A DNA stretch of 64,000 bases from Amphiscolops sp. MND2022 (taxonomy: Eukaryota), in contig OZ076409.1 of NCBI GenBank assembly GCA_964187785.1, positions 97,900,001 through 97,964,000 of the forward strand, read 5' to 3'. The translations under genes and the position numbers were made by a program. Shown one piece after another: positions 18,401-31,700 of the stretch (the stretch's first letter is position 1; the number at the start of each line of letters is the position of its first letter). The notes under the pieces are model-generated. The model worked only from the letters and a program-made list of their open reading frames with translations, was not told where the DNA came from and made no database searches.

Positions 18401-20537
18401 GCTACAAACAATATTCGGACACAATTTCGCGAAAAACGTCGAAGTCCTAGTTTTGTCAGCTCTATAAATCGTCATTTATTAGAAGCTGAAGTTGACGGTG
18501 CATCTGAGACAGAAAATCTTCCATCTCAGTTTGCCCCCAGATCCACAGCCGGAATGTTCCACTTCAAAGTTACTTGATTTAAACGAGTCAACTACAATGA
18601 AAGTGAAAAGATCCAAAAAATGCAGAACAATCAACAATGAATCAGGTGAGGCATCTAGCGATAAGCCATCTGAAAACGACTCAGCCTATCGCCCTCCCAG
18701 TTCAGCTAAAATTCCTAGATTATCTGCAGCAACTCCGAAAACGCGACATCAAACAGAACATCTTTTTGATCAGTTTGCACAAAAATTGATGACATTCGTC
18801 AAACAAAATGATCCCCACCTGCAAAAACCCTTTAAACAGGCTTGCGGAATCGTTGCCTCGAAAAGAGTTGAACTTACAAAAGCAAACATTAAAGATATAG
18901 TTTCGTCTTTGAACGATAATTAAAAAGATTTACATTTCAAGAAAGTTTACGCTAAAGCCTCTTCTTCTTACGGTAGTTTGAATATTTGAAGAAATTGTGA
19001 TGTAAAACGAACTGAATTTTTTGCCATAGAGAGTAGTATAGATATAAAAATAATAAAATAAGTTATTTAGCCTAAAAGCTAGAAACGACCTCCAGTAGGC
19101 TATCGCCCGTTTAGTGGAAGCCTCAAAGGGCCCGAAAACCTTAAACAGAAAATAGAAGAAAAAAATTCAAAATTTTTCGAAAACATTTTTGATGGTGTCC
19201 GGTAAGTCGCAAAGCCTTGAGGAGTCCTCTCGCAAAACGTTTCGCTTCTTGTAAAAATTGAGCAGGGGCTTCGGTGAAAACAAATTTTAAAAAAATCGCA
19301 TAGAAAAAAGATCGGTCTTTTAAAAAACGGTCTTTTAAAACTAAAAATTGAGAAAAAATTTTCCGAACTTTTTCGAATTTTTTTTGAAGTTTTCACTAAG
19401 TCGCATAGTGCCAAAAAATGTGAAAAAGGGACCCTTTAGGATTTTATAACATTCGTTCTGTTGCAAGATATCAAAAAATTGAAAGGAGGACGCTTTGGGG
19501 ACATTAAAAAATTTTTGAAAAAAATAAGGGAGTCTAAAAAATTTTTGAAAAAAAATTAGAATTTTGAACAGTTAGAATTTTGAACAGTCTCATAGTGCCG
19601 AAAATTCTGAAAAAAGGGACCCTTTGGGATTTTTTAACATTCGTTCTCTTGCAAAATATCAAAAAAATTGAAAGGAGGACTCTTTGGGGACATTTAAAAA
19701 ATTTCGAAAAAAAAGTCTCACAAAGCCGAAAAAAGTCTCACAAAGCCGAAAAGTCTCATAGTGCCGAAAAAAGTCAGAACCTTCTGCTTCGGAATACTTG
19801 TAAAAAAATTAGCGCATACCCACGGGTTCGAACACGAAACCTCTGGGTTGAAAAGCAAGCATCTTATCACTAGACCACGAACGCGTGAAACGTGGGAGTT
19901 GCCGCGTGAAATCAGAGAGTTGTCGCGCGGAAAAAAAAGCACCCGCACTTTCCCATAACACTTGCTTATCCCAAGAGTAATTAGGTTCTTAGGATTTTAG
20001 TTGGCGTTTCCGAAAAAAAAGCACAACTCTTACAGTGGCTTTTTTTTCGTCAGTTCAACGCGATCGGTTCACTTTTTGTACATTATGCACTGTTACCAAA
20101 AGTACTTAGTACTTCATTTTAAACACACCCGAAGCCTCTAACATGAAATAAAAACCATTCCAAAGCAGAAGGTCCCCCTATCCACTTTTCGACACCATAT
20201 GACTTCCCCTTTTGTTCGGCTTTGCAAGACTTTTTTTCGAAAATTTTTCGATGTCTCCAAAAGGTCCCCCCTTGAACAGAATGGATGTTAAAAAACCCCA
20301 AAGGATCCCCCTTTCAATTTTTTGGTACAACAAGACCGTTCAACTTTCTCAGTTTTCATTTTATTCGAGAAATTTTTAATGCTCCAAAGGGTCCCTTCTT
20401 TAGCTTTTTAAATTTTTTGCAACAGAATGCAGTTTCATAAAGCCCAAAGGGTCCCCCCTTTTACAATTTCAAAAACTTTGGGCTTTTTGAGCCTTAGATA
20501 AAGCGCCAACTTTATCCCGGCTTGTTTATGATTGCAT

Positions 20538-20942
20538 TCATTTTGACATCAAGTGATCGAATTGTTTTCCAGAGGCCTGGAAACACTTAGAAGCTCTTGC
20601 CCTCAAGCTGTTGGTTGCTTTTCTGATATCTGATGCGCTCAGCATTTGGCATGTTGCTTCTACAACGTTCGTTATTCCGTTTAGAGCCTCGGGCTTGGCT
20701 TCTGTCAGAAATCTTCGGACATGCACACGCTCCATAACCACTAGTCCAGATGGTTCAAGTCGTCAGGGTTAACGTGGCTCTTCCGTTTGGTAACAACGGG
20801 TGGGTTAAAGTAAAGTCAACAAACTTTGCATTCAAAAATGGCTTTCAGTTATTTAACGGTTGATAAAAGAACGATGTTCGTATCTTAGTTGAATCACGAG
20901 ATATTATCAATTACAAATTATCAATTTTTGGGACACCCTGTA
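20538..20942 (-). mobile_element. Internally deleted Tc1/mariner remnant
   Basis: TIR TACAGGGTGTCCC (reverse complement at 20930-20942); NPDDLNHLD*W resembles SPDLNPLDYW; C-terminal RARASKCFQASGKQFDHL. Confidence 0.75.
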
Positions 20943-20978
20943 TTAATTAATACCAGAAAGTATGACTCGATCCTACTA

Positions 20979-21148
20979 CAGTGGAATCCGCCTAATTCGT
21001 ATCGCTAGGGACCGAATAAATTAGTACGAATAGTGAGAAATACGAATTAACCGGATTATCTTTGCTTATCACGAAAAGGGCGTCTCAAATCCATACGAAT
21101 TAGACGAAGATCCGAATTATCCGGATACGAATTAACCGGAGTTGACTG
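20979..21148. mobile_element. Pogo/Tigger-like MITE with TA flanks
   Basis: TA|CAGTGGAATCCGCCTAATTCGTATC ... GATACGAATTAACCGGAGTTGACTG|TA. Confidence 0.8.
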
Positions 21149-21857
21149 TATTTGAAATCCTACTAAATAATAGGACCGTTATTGACACTGTAAGGAGGCT
21201 CTGCAGCTTGCAGCGTACTGACACCCAAAATCTTTTCACTGACACGCCTCATGTACTAAGGGCAAAAAATCCCAACTCTCTCCACACCATATCCCGGTTT
21301 CAGTACGCGCGGTCCTTATTATTATAATTTAATACTAGAATAAAACAAAAGAAAAAATTGAAAGAGAGGAAAAAGAAAAAAATTAATACCAGAAAGTGGA
21401 ATTGTGAGCGAAAGAAAGGAGAGTTTATAATTACGTTCAGGTTATTTTCGGGACATGTTGTCTTGAAGGTGGAACTCTGTAGAAACGAGAGCTGCTTACG
21501 TCTCCCAGTGATTGAAGATTCCTCGGCTGTGACGTCGGCCAGAGGTCCATTTCTCAAGTAAGCTAGAACAATTTTTCAAATAACTTGAGAACTCTGATGA
21601 AAAAAATCTCATTTGCTGAGAAAAATTTTCGAAGGAAGAACTTCTGTGCTTAACAAGTCTTAAAATTGTTTAGAAATATTTTGTGAATTGAAAAAAAAAA
21701 CAAAAAAAGTTGCACAGTGCCGAAAATACAAGTTTCCCATTTTTTTCTTTCATCGCTCCAAACTAACAGATGATGGTACCTAGATGAAGGGTTCCGATTA
21801 TCCATATTGTCAAAAAACATTGTTCACAAAGATTAACCAGAGCCGCATGTGCGGTAA

Positions 21858-22301
21858 AGGAGTCGGCTTAGGCCTTTTTCATTCTGACTCGCTCGAATCC
21901 CTGTCATTCGATTTTGATGCCATCGCACAAATAGGACTCTAATATGGTGTAGAATGACTGCAGAAATGTTCGTTCGAATCGTATGGGGAGTTTTTGAGAA
22001 TATCGAAAAAAAACGAAAAGTGACTGTTTTTTGGCCATTTTTGGGCTAAATTTGGCTATGTTTCTCACATCCCAGTCATACCAATTTGATGCCATTGCGC
22101 ACGCAGTAACACCTTTGGATGTAGAATGACTGTGCAAAATTTTATGGAAATCGTATGGACCGTGTTTGAGAAATTTGAATTGAATTTTCATTGAAAGGTC
22201 GGGGAAAAAACGTCACGATTGCATAAGTAGTCAAAGTTTTTTCCGACACGGAAAAGGTCACGTCACGATTGCCTTAGTAGTCGAAGTTTTTTCCGACACC
22301 T
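21858..22301 (-). mobile_element. Non-autonomous Helentron/DINE-1-like element, family B (short copy)
   Basis: Same termini (AGGAGTCGG...CCGACACCT) and same internal ~172-bp unit as 26798-28014. Confidence 0.65.
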
Positions 22302-22898
22302 AAATAAAAGCCAGGGAAGCTAACTAACAGAAGTAGTTGAGAGGACAGTCGCTGTGGTCCACTATGCTGCTAGGGGGAACAGTGCCTCCGGGGGCGACGG
22401 CGGGTGGTGTGGGGGAGAGGCCGCCTCTACTGGAGGATGTTGCCCCAGCCGGAGGCACGTCGTCCAAGTCTTCGGCGTGCACAGGGGGCACTACCAGACC
22501 CACTGGGTCCGACACGGCTGAGCGTGAAGCCTCTTCTTCCGCCTTCTTTGAAACTGGAACAGATGATGATAACCCGGGTCGACCCTACATGGATATCTTA
22601 GTAAGATCTTGGCAAGATCTTGGAAAAATCTTAGCTAAGATCGTGACAAGATATTGCCAAGAATTGCAAGATGCCATGGTAAGATCTTATCAAGAGAGCC
22701 ATGTTTCCAAGAAAAATCTTACTAAGAAGCCGAATATGGCAAGAAAAAAACTGCTACGAACTGCTTGATATCGAGAAAAAGTAGAATCAGAGAACCATTA
22801 AATTTAAAGCTATTGAAAATTCAAAAACCACTTAAAACTATAAAATAAAATATAAAAATATTAAAAATACAAAATAAATAAAATGTGTGTTAACACAT

Positions 22899-23768
22899 CA
22901 GAGTTTTCACATCGCTACTTTTCAGTCGGCGCGTTTCTCAAGAAAAGAGTCGACTATAGTCATGGCTTTTCGTCAGTGTTTTTTTTTCGATACACCTGAA
23001 GTGAACACCCCAAGGAACTGAACCAAAAAGGTTTTTCCTTTTTTTGCGTATCATACAATACCGGGCGAGACTAAAGTGTCCCCATTTCAGTTTTTTTTCG
23101 ACATTGCGAGACTTTTTTCGGAATTTTTCCCCAAATTTTTTTCGCTATTATTTCGTTAAAAAAAACTTTCTTCGAACTATTAAATGTTTGATTTCAAGTA
23201 TGTTTCCAAAATTGCTCCTACGATATCTCGTTCTGAATCAGTCAATACGCATGAAGCATTATTTGAAAGTTCCTGAAATTATTTTGACAGTTTCACGACG
23301 AGTGCAATATCATGAGATATGTGAGATATGTATAAGGTGGTAAGCAGACATTTGACATCGCTGCTTTTTTCGCTAATCGCTAAACCGCTAGTTTCAAAAT
23401 TGCTATTTCACTGAAAACTTTATTTCTTCAAACTATTGAATGTTTGAATTTGAGTAGGTTTCAAAGATGAACGATAACTTAATTCAGTTTTTTCAAGAAA
23501 AAGGCTAAAACTTTTTTAACTGTCGGACTCCGGAGTTTTACAAGGGTAAGAGATGGAATTTTTCTTCGAAATTCATCTTGAAACTATGTTTATTTTCCGA
23601 GGAAATTTTGAGTTTCGAGAATCCAATAAGTTTGGAACTAATTTTGAATTAACTAATTTTGAATTAACTAATTTTGAAATAACTAATTTGAATTGCTGAT
23701 AGAATCGCTTTAAAAATTCTGCGCGGCCGGTAGTTCGCTAAATCGATGATTAGCGGTGTCAAAACTCA
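22899..23768. mobile_element. hAT-like MITE, composite copy of the 52102-52491 family
   Basis: CAGAGTTTTCACATCGCTA ... TAGCGGTGTCAAAACTCAG; shared internal CGCTAATCGCTAAACCGCTA. Confidence 0.55.
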
Positions 23769-23994
23769 GTGATGAATAGTCTGCGTAAACCGCTTGTTCT
23801 ACCGAACAAAAGTGTCGAGACTAGATTTGAACTCGAACACGAGAAACAGAGGATTAAAGGTTTGAAAACATTGATTCATGAGAAAACTACCGACAGATAC
23901 TCGTCGATTTTTGAGTCTTTTGAACACTCCAAATTAATGATAAAAAATTCCGATAAGGGCAAAAATTGGAGCACCGGATAGCTGATTCAAGTAT

Positions 23995-24583
23995 TTTCAG
24001 TCAGCACCTTTTGCTTTAAAGGAAAAAATCCTGACTATTGCAGTGACTAGTTTTTTTCGTCAGACAACAGAATATATGCGTAGTGGACACTTTCTACAGA
24101 ACTACTAAACTACTGGACCGGCAAGCGGAAACGCATTTAAGGTAGTGCAAAGGGCCCCCCTTTCGTGTACTCAATTTTTAACGTAAGATACAAAACCGGA
24201 CGAGACTATAGGGTCGCCCCTTTGAATTTTTTTGGCACTGTGCGACTTTTTTCGGTTTTTTGTCTCCAAAGGGTCCCCCTTCAAATTTTTTGATATTTTG
24301 CAGCAACCCGAAGTTTCAAAAAGTCCAAAGGGTCTCCCCTTTCAATTTTTTCGGCACTTTTCGGTCCCCCTTTTGAATTTTTTGGAACTATGAGACTTTT
24401 TCAAAATTCTCATCTTTCGTTTGTTCCGAAAATTTTTTTATAGTCTCCAAAGGGTTCTCATCTCATTTTTTTGATATTTTGCAACAAACTGGGCTTTCAA
24501 AAAGCTCAAAGGGTCCCCTTTTAAAAACTTTTCGCTTTTTAAGCCTTGGATATAGCGCCGACTTGAGACGTTCCCGTCATGTT
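23995..24583 (-). mobile_element. Helentron/DINE-1-like family A copy
   Basis: Extensive reverse-complement similarity to 46279-46776. Confidence 0.65.
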
Positions 24584-25082
24584 CATTAGTTGGAAAGGTA
24601 GCCAGCCAGATGGTACTTTTTACTCGGCTCTTTATTGCAAATAAAAAGCGCGAGTATTATAGTGGCTTTTCGTCGTTTTTTCCACACGATCTGACCAAAA
24701 TAGGTCTACAAAAGTGTTTCAAAATCTTGAAGTGTACCATTTGGCCCAGCGTGCTAGATTCAATTTTTTGACGTTATATCCGAAGTAAAATGCGTTTTAC
24801 TGAGGCGGAGTTTTTCAACTTTCATTCTACGAGCCACACCAGTGTTATCTGACGTGGTCGACCTAAAACAACTGCATGAAGTATTAGTCGCGCGTTCAAA
24901 TGAAAGAACTGACGAGTAGGAAGGATCATTACAACGCCAATTGGGGAACTTCGGTTTTTTTTCAAGAATTGAGGAAAATTGGCTTTTGCGACCACCAAAA
25001 TGTGTTTTCAAGAAATGAGGTAAAAGTGCCCTTCATAGTGCCGTCAATTTGGCCGAAGAATTCACACAATAATATTGGCAGT

Positions 25083-25325
25083 TGTACTGACCTACATAAA
25101 TAACCAATAGTATTTAGATGTTTATAGAATGTTCTAGAATGTACATTTATTTAATATTGAATGACTGTAAAACTCTCTTTCTTCAGAGAGAGAAAACTAA
25201 TAACCAGTGTTTAGTCGACTTCCTTTTTATTCCTCTTTTCAGACCTCCTAGCTTTAGTAGAGTCAACCAGCTAGCTAGCATCTTTCGGATAACTTTAAAA
25301 ATAAAAGATTCTTTAAAGCAGCACA
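25083..25325 (+). repeat. Gypsy 5' LTR (243 bp)
   Basis: TGTACTGACCTAC...AATAAAAG...AGCAGCACA, followed by ATTTGGTGCGA (PBS-like); lacks ~31 bp present in the 3' LTR. Confidence 0.92.
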
Positions 25326-26797
25326 ATTTGGTGCGACTTGTAAAAATTTTTCTTTTCTCCGCTGAATGCTTTCTCTACTCTCATCAAAACAACGCCTACC
25401 ACTCCATCTCTTTGAAATTCTTTTCGATTGCAATGAAATTTTCCTAGATTTCTTGGAAGATTTGGTCTGTTACTTTCTGAATTTCTTCAATAAATACATC
25501 ATTCTTAGACAAAAAATTTCTTCATTTGAAATCTAACAAAATTTTCTCCAATTCCGGTTTATCACGTTTTTCAATAAACGTTGACACGGTCCTTCTTTTG
25601 CTCTTCTTGCCTTGCCGGTTTATCACGTTTTCTAACACGTTGACACGGTACATTTTCAGACTGATTTATCCATAGTGACACAGTTCTGCTCTTCTCTTCA
25701 GACTGATTTATCCACAGTGACACAGTTCTGTTCTCCACACTGATTTATCACATCTATCCGGAAGCTTGTTGACACAGTTTTGTCCGGTTTATCAAGGTTT
25801 TCTAACACCTTTGACACGGCAATAAATTCTTCAATCCTGCTCTCTTGAACGTCAGGTGGACTCCTGGTGTAATAGTTGACTGAGTTCACCCTAGACTCAT
25901 CTTACCTATAAGCACATACGTTTCAAGATCAACTTCGTGTTGGCAGAAAACCTGGATTTTCTATTCTTTCGTTTTGGGTCCATTTTCTAATAAAAAACCT
26001 TCAAAATTTACCTTCTGAATTAGAATCAGAGACCCATAAAAAGCAACCAAGTCTCGCTTTCATTCTTCTGTCGACACAATTTCCAATCTACTCAATAATT
26101 TTAACCTATTCTCACAAAACATTTAATTTTAACAAAGCTACACATTAACTTTTAACAATTCTTTAGCCCTAAAATCTAAAATAAGACATGCAAATAAAAA
26201 ACTCACAGTAAAGGTAGGTTTCTACTTTCAGGCACCCACAATTCCTATTCCTTCCCGTAAGACTTAGACAATCAGATCCTACCTGGTTTTAACTTGCGTA
26301 GTCTGATTCTAAGGCTGACTAAACACCTTAGTTACGTTTATATGTCATCAAGGAGAATCTAGAGGACACCGAACTACGTTCGAATCTTCGAAATTCTCAG
26401 GAAGTAAAAGTAAAAGTTAAACACACAAAGATCAAACTTTGATCTTGATCAGTATTGATCCGACTTTGGACAGTGGACGTTGATTGTTCAGAGTTCCGCT
26501 CCCTTAGTCTTAAAACAAACAACCCAATTAAAATCAAAATTCTCTTAGCTTTTCTGGACGTGTCAGTAACCTTATGTTAGACACCTTAATTGAAGTCCAG
26601 CTCTAAAATACAACTCTTACTGGATGTGTCAGTGGCCTTATGTCAGACACTTTAATTTAATCCAGACTTAAATCACAACTTGGTTTCTGTTAGCAATCCT
26701 TTGAGGTTGAATACAGATTCTATTGCATCCGCTTTTTCATCTCTATCTCTTACAATACCAACACCTCAAAGAAATTTATATTCATTTCATATTATAA

Positions 26798-28014
26798 AGG
26801 AGTCAGCTTAGGTTTTTTTTCTTCTGACTCGCCCCAATCCCAGTCATAACAATTTATTGGAATTGCACAGATAGGACCATACTATGGTGTAGAAAATGAG
26901 TGTAAAAATTTTCCTTCGAGAAAACGAGTGTTTTTTGGCCATTTTTGGGCTAATTTTGGCTATGTTTCTCACATCCCAGCCATACGATTTTGATGCCATT
27001 GCACATATAAGACTCTGATATGGTGTAGAATAACTGTAGAAAATTTCGTTCGAATCGTATGGACAGTTTTTGAGAAAAACGAAAAAAGTCGAAAAATCGC
27101 TGATTTTTGGCCATTTTTGAGCTAATTTTGGCTATGTTTCTCACATCCCAGCCATACGATTTTGATGCCATTGCACATATAGGACTCTGATATGGTGTAG
27201 AAAAACTGTAGAAAATTTCGTTCGAATCGTATGGACAGTTTTTGAGAAAAACGAAAAAAGTCGAAAAATCGCTGATTTTTGGCCATTTTGGGCTAATTTT
27301 GGCTATGTTTCTCACATCCCAGCCATACGATTTTGATGCCATTGCACATATAAGACTCTGATATGGTGTAGAATAACTGTAGAAAATTTCGTTCGAATCG
27401 TATGGACAGTTTTTGAGAAAATCGAAAAAAACCGAAAAATCGGTTTTTTGGCCATTTTTGGGCTAATTTTGGCTATGTTTCTCACATCCCAGCTATACGA
27501 TTTTGATGCCATTGCACATATAAGACTCTGATATGGTGTAGAATAACTGTAGAAAATTTCGTTCGAATCGTATGGACAGTTTTTGAGAAAAACGAAAAAA
27601 GTCGAAAAATCGCTGATTTTTGGCCATTTTTGGGCTAATTTTGGCTATGTTTCTCACATCCCAGCCATACGATTTTGATGCCATTGCACAAATGAGACTC
27701 TGATATAGTTTAGAATAACTGTAAAAAATTTCGTTCGAATCGTATGGACAGTTTTTGAGAAAATCGAAAAAAAACCGAAAAATCGCTGTTTTTTGGCCAA
27801 TTTTGGGCTAATTTTGGCTAGGTTTCTCACATCCTAATCATACGATTTTGATGCCTTTGCGCATGCAGGGGCCCCTTTGGGTGTAGAACGACTGTGCAAA
27901 ATTTCGTGAAAATCGTATGGACAGTTTTTGAGAAATTTGAAATTTTCATGAAAAGGTCGGGAGAAAAAAAACAGCACGATTGCATAAGTAGTCGAAAAAT
28001 TTTTTCCGACTCCT
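26798..28014 (-). mobile_element. Helentron/DINE-1-like family B element carrying ~6 tandem ~172-bp repeats, inserted in the Gypsy leader
   Basis: Inverted termini AGGAGTCAG/CCGACTCCT, terminal GAGTCAG...CTGACTC hairpin, A-rich flanks; repeat anchors at 26995, 27167, 27338, 27508, 27680 and 27853. Confidence 0.75.
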
Positions 28015-28022
28015 AAAAATAT

Positions 28023-31000
28023 ATGAACTCAAACACACATAATCAAACTTCCAACAATTTACCTCTCTTTAATTCTCCAATAATTATTCCTACACATTTA
28101 GTTATACATCAACTCAGTACAATCTCTAATCCTTCAGCTGTAGACGTTGAAAGATTAAGTAAACAATACGCACAATTCTTTTCCTATCTCTTAGACCAAC
28201 AACGGCTTTACCCAACATCACCAACTTAAAACTTCTAACAAAAATATAATTTCATACATATTAACACAAAATAGATTACACAAAGAAATCCCTCTGGTCA
28301 CTATCATATACGCAATAGAAACAACCATTATTACACCTAAGGTTAAAATTATAATGTGGGAAAAAGTTACCACAATAATACTTATCACCACCTATACCTT
28401 TTCTGTTTTATTCTTATTTTGCATCCTGTTGAAGAAGATACTTACAACAATAAGAAGTAATCTCTAACATGAACTCCTCTATATCCTCCCCTTCACCTTT
28501 TGAGATAACATACATTAAAAATGCAAAAGTAATCAAAACTGAAATGAAACCATTTCTACATAACATTGTTTACAATTATACTCAACCACTTTCATTTGAA
28601 AATGAACCTTATAGCCTTGAAACAATTCCTCTTATTAGAGAACATCTGGATACATACCTCTTCTATATTAGACTTAGATCTACAACTGCCTCTACAGAAT
28701 GTCCATCTTTTCAAATTACCTCTCCGCAACAAGAAACTTCTCCATATAGAACAATAAACCCAATTAATCTCCAAATTCCTATTAAAGAAGTTTTCTATGC
28801 TTTTCTAAATAGAGTAAAAGAATACAACTTAACACTTGAAAACCCACAATATAGCCCAAATGCACTTGAAGAACTTGAACGATATATACCCAATTTCGAA
28901 GTAGAAGATACAGAAAGATTAATTATAACCCAAAATATTCCTCATCAATGGTTACAAGCAGATATACTACAAATACAAAATTTCCTATATCATTATTTCA
29001 AAGATTTAACATTAAACGAACAAACAATACCTCAATCTAAAGTGATATCTTCATTTCTTAGAAAATATTTCAGATTCAATTATCAACTATTATGGTCAGA
29101 ACAAGATCAACCTGCTTTTGCAGCATTTCACAATCATTTTACAGCTGATGAAAGTTTACCATTCATCATAAGTAAACAAAATGAACATCCTTACTTTTTC
29201 AAACTAGATAAAATAACAACTAACCATGGATCTCATATCCTTTGATCCTCGTTTAATTACAGAAAACAAATTTCATGATGATATAAGACCATATCGGTAT
29301 GAACAAAACATTCAAGACAACAAAACCTATGTATCAACAATGACAATAACAATGAAGAAGATGACAACAATAATGAAGAATATATACTTGAAAATCAAAA
29401 TGAAAATCGTAATGAAGTAATCGTACTCCACACAAATGAAAACAATAAAAGTGAGTATACCACTCCAGAATCTACAACCTCGGCACAAAATGCATCACAA
29501 ACTGAAATATCAACAACCTCTCACTTTGTTAGAATTCCAACTAGAGTTGTTAGGTTAGCCCAAGACAAAATACACATGACCCACAATCACACTTAGATAC
29601 GTCTTCACATTGTAATATCACCTTCAATCTTCCAACTCACTCAGATGAAGTAGTACAAGATGAATCTCAAAATATAACTTCTACCCGTGATACTTCTGGT
29701 AATGTTTTACCACCTACAAGAACTATTTCTAAGAATCCACGAAATACAACTCGATCTATATATGACCCTCCATCAATTCCTTCCGCTTTTCAACAGTCGA
29801 ATAAAACAATTCAACCTGAAAATAATCGTCATAATAACCAACAAACTTCTAGTCAACACTATGATCCATTCACTTATTCCTTCTTTCCACCACCTAATAC
29901 AAATATTCAAACAAACAATACTCAAAATATTCTCAACCTAATAATAATCTAAGAACACAACATCCATACGCACACTTATTACAAACAAATTCCTCACAAA
30001 GTAATTTTCCTTTACAAAATCAAAGAACATCTTATTCAAATTTTGTACAACCTCCTCAAAGAAGATCCCAAAACCCTTCACTTTCTCATATATTTACTGA
30101 TCCTCTATATCAAATGAATCAACACACAACTTACAACCCTACAACAATTTCACCACCCGTAAAAACGATACAACATGTAGCTCCTTCACCTCAATATATA
30201 CCAATACAACAAGATACATTCATAAATACTTCGGCTTCAATACCAGAACCTATGAAACCTTTTGACGATTTAGACCATTCATACACCCCAGAAGAACATT
30301 TACAACAAGTTGAAGCAAGATTAATTTTTGCCAAAGGTGAAGAACCTCAAATAATCCTATAAAATATAGATCATGGCATAATAGACGCATGGCATATATA
30401 CAATGTTCTTTAATTGGAACAGCTCTTGATTGGTACACAAATCTCCATACATCATATAAACAACAATGGAATTCATTTGTACAATTGTTTAAAAAACAAT
30501 TCTCATCTCAAAAAACAGCTTATTACGCACAAGTAGAAGCTATGTCACTCATGAAAAAGGATAATGAAACAGTACGCCATTTGCTCTTAGAGTACAACAA
30601 TTAGTTAAAAAGCGATGGTGCAATGAAAATGCATCTACCATAAATCTCAAAAACAATGAAATTTTTACAAAAGGATTACCTAAAAAGTTAAAAGATTTTG
30701 CTCACAGAAGACAAGTTAAACGTGTATCAACGCTACTCGAACCATCAATACCATTTCACACACTTGTTCGACATGTTGATTCTGAAGACATCGCTAATGA
30801 AAAAATAAGAACAAATAACCTAGCTTTAGAAATAAACAACGTATCAATTGCAATTGAAGATGATATTAACAACAAAGAATTAGAACATGACCATATAATG
30901 GTTACTCAATCTGCAGACCCAAATAACAAAAGCAAACCAGCTTACAAATAATATTGTTCTGATTGTCATGGAAACAATCGTGGTATTTTAAAATGTTATC

Positions 31001-31700
31001 AAAAACAACGTGATGAAGAATATCAAAGATATAAAAATCAGAGATCAAGAACTCCTCAACAATCCTTTGTACAATATTTCCGTAGTAAACCCAGTAATTC
31101 ACAAGAGAATAGAAATGAAAAAAAAATGATTATTCTTCTAGAGACAACGACCGTAATAGATATAATCAACATAACTACTCTTACTATATCGACCGATATA
31201 GAAATAACGACAGATATCGAAGCAACAGTAGAGATTATTCACAAAATATTTATCGATCTAATTCTCGACAAAGATATTACAAGAAATCTCCAAGTCCATA
31301 CCCATCTAGATCCCGATATGACAACCATTACCAAAAAAGAACTCCATCCAGATCTCCATATAGATCACCATACAGAAACAACTCCATTATAGATATGATT
31401 CACGATCAAGATATAAATCTCGTTCTCAATCACAAGGAAACTCTTTTAGACGATACAATTACCCGTATAGATCTCCATCTAGACCAAGAGATTACAGATC
31501 AAGATCTAGAACACCCTCACAAAACAGACAACAAAACAGAATAAATCAAGTAGATGGTAAATCTACCAATGACAAAGATAGTACTAAATTTGAAGTCCAT
31601 ACATGCCAAATAACTGAAACTGCAAATACAATTACTCCTTATAGTTGGTTTTATCCACTATATGTACATGCTTCTGAAGGAAAAGACAACATATTATCTT
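28023..31700 (+). pseudogene. gag: Gag-like region, frameshifted
   Basis: PEEHLQQVEARL...AYIQCSLIGTALDWY...WNSFVQLFKKQF capsid-like segment (30250-30600), degenerate Cys knuckle near 30955, Arg/Ser-rich tail; long extra N-terminal coding region 28469-29245. Confidence 0.7.

Noticed and set aside
17417..20301. Lys/Phe-rich short ORFs
   Set aside because: They fall within non-autonomous repeat family A (GGGGGACCCTTT units with A/T runs) and show no coding signal.
25553..25820. CRISPR-like repeat/spacer appearance
   Set aside because: Units are irregular and their variable parts are related to one another; eukaryotic retroelement context with no cas genes. Reported instead as an RNA motif array.
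26950..27684. Repeated MASKSYGWDVRNIAK ORFs
   Set aside because: Translations of the ~172-bp tandem repeat; frames are not maintained between units.
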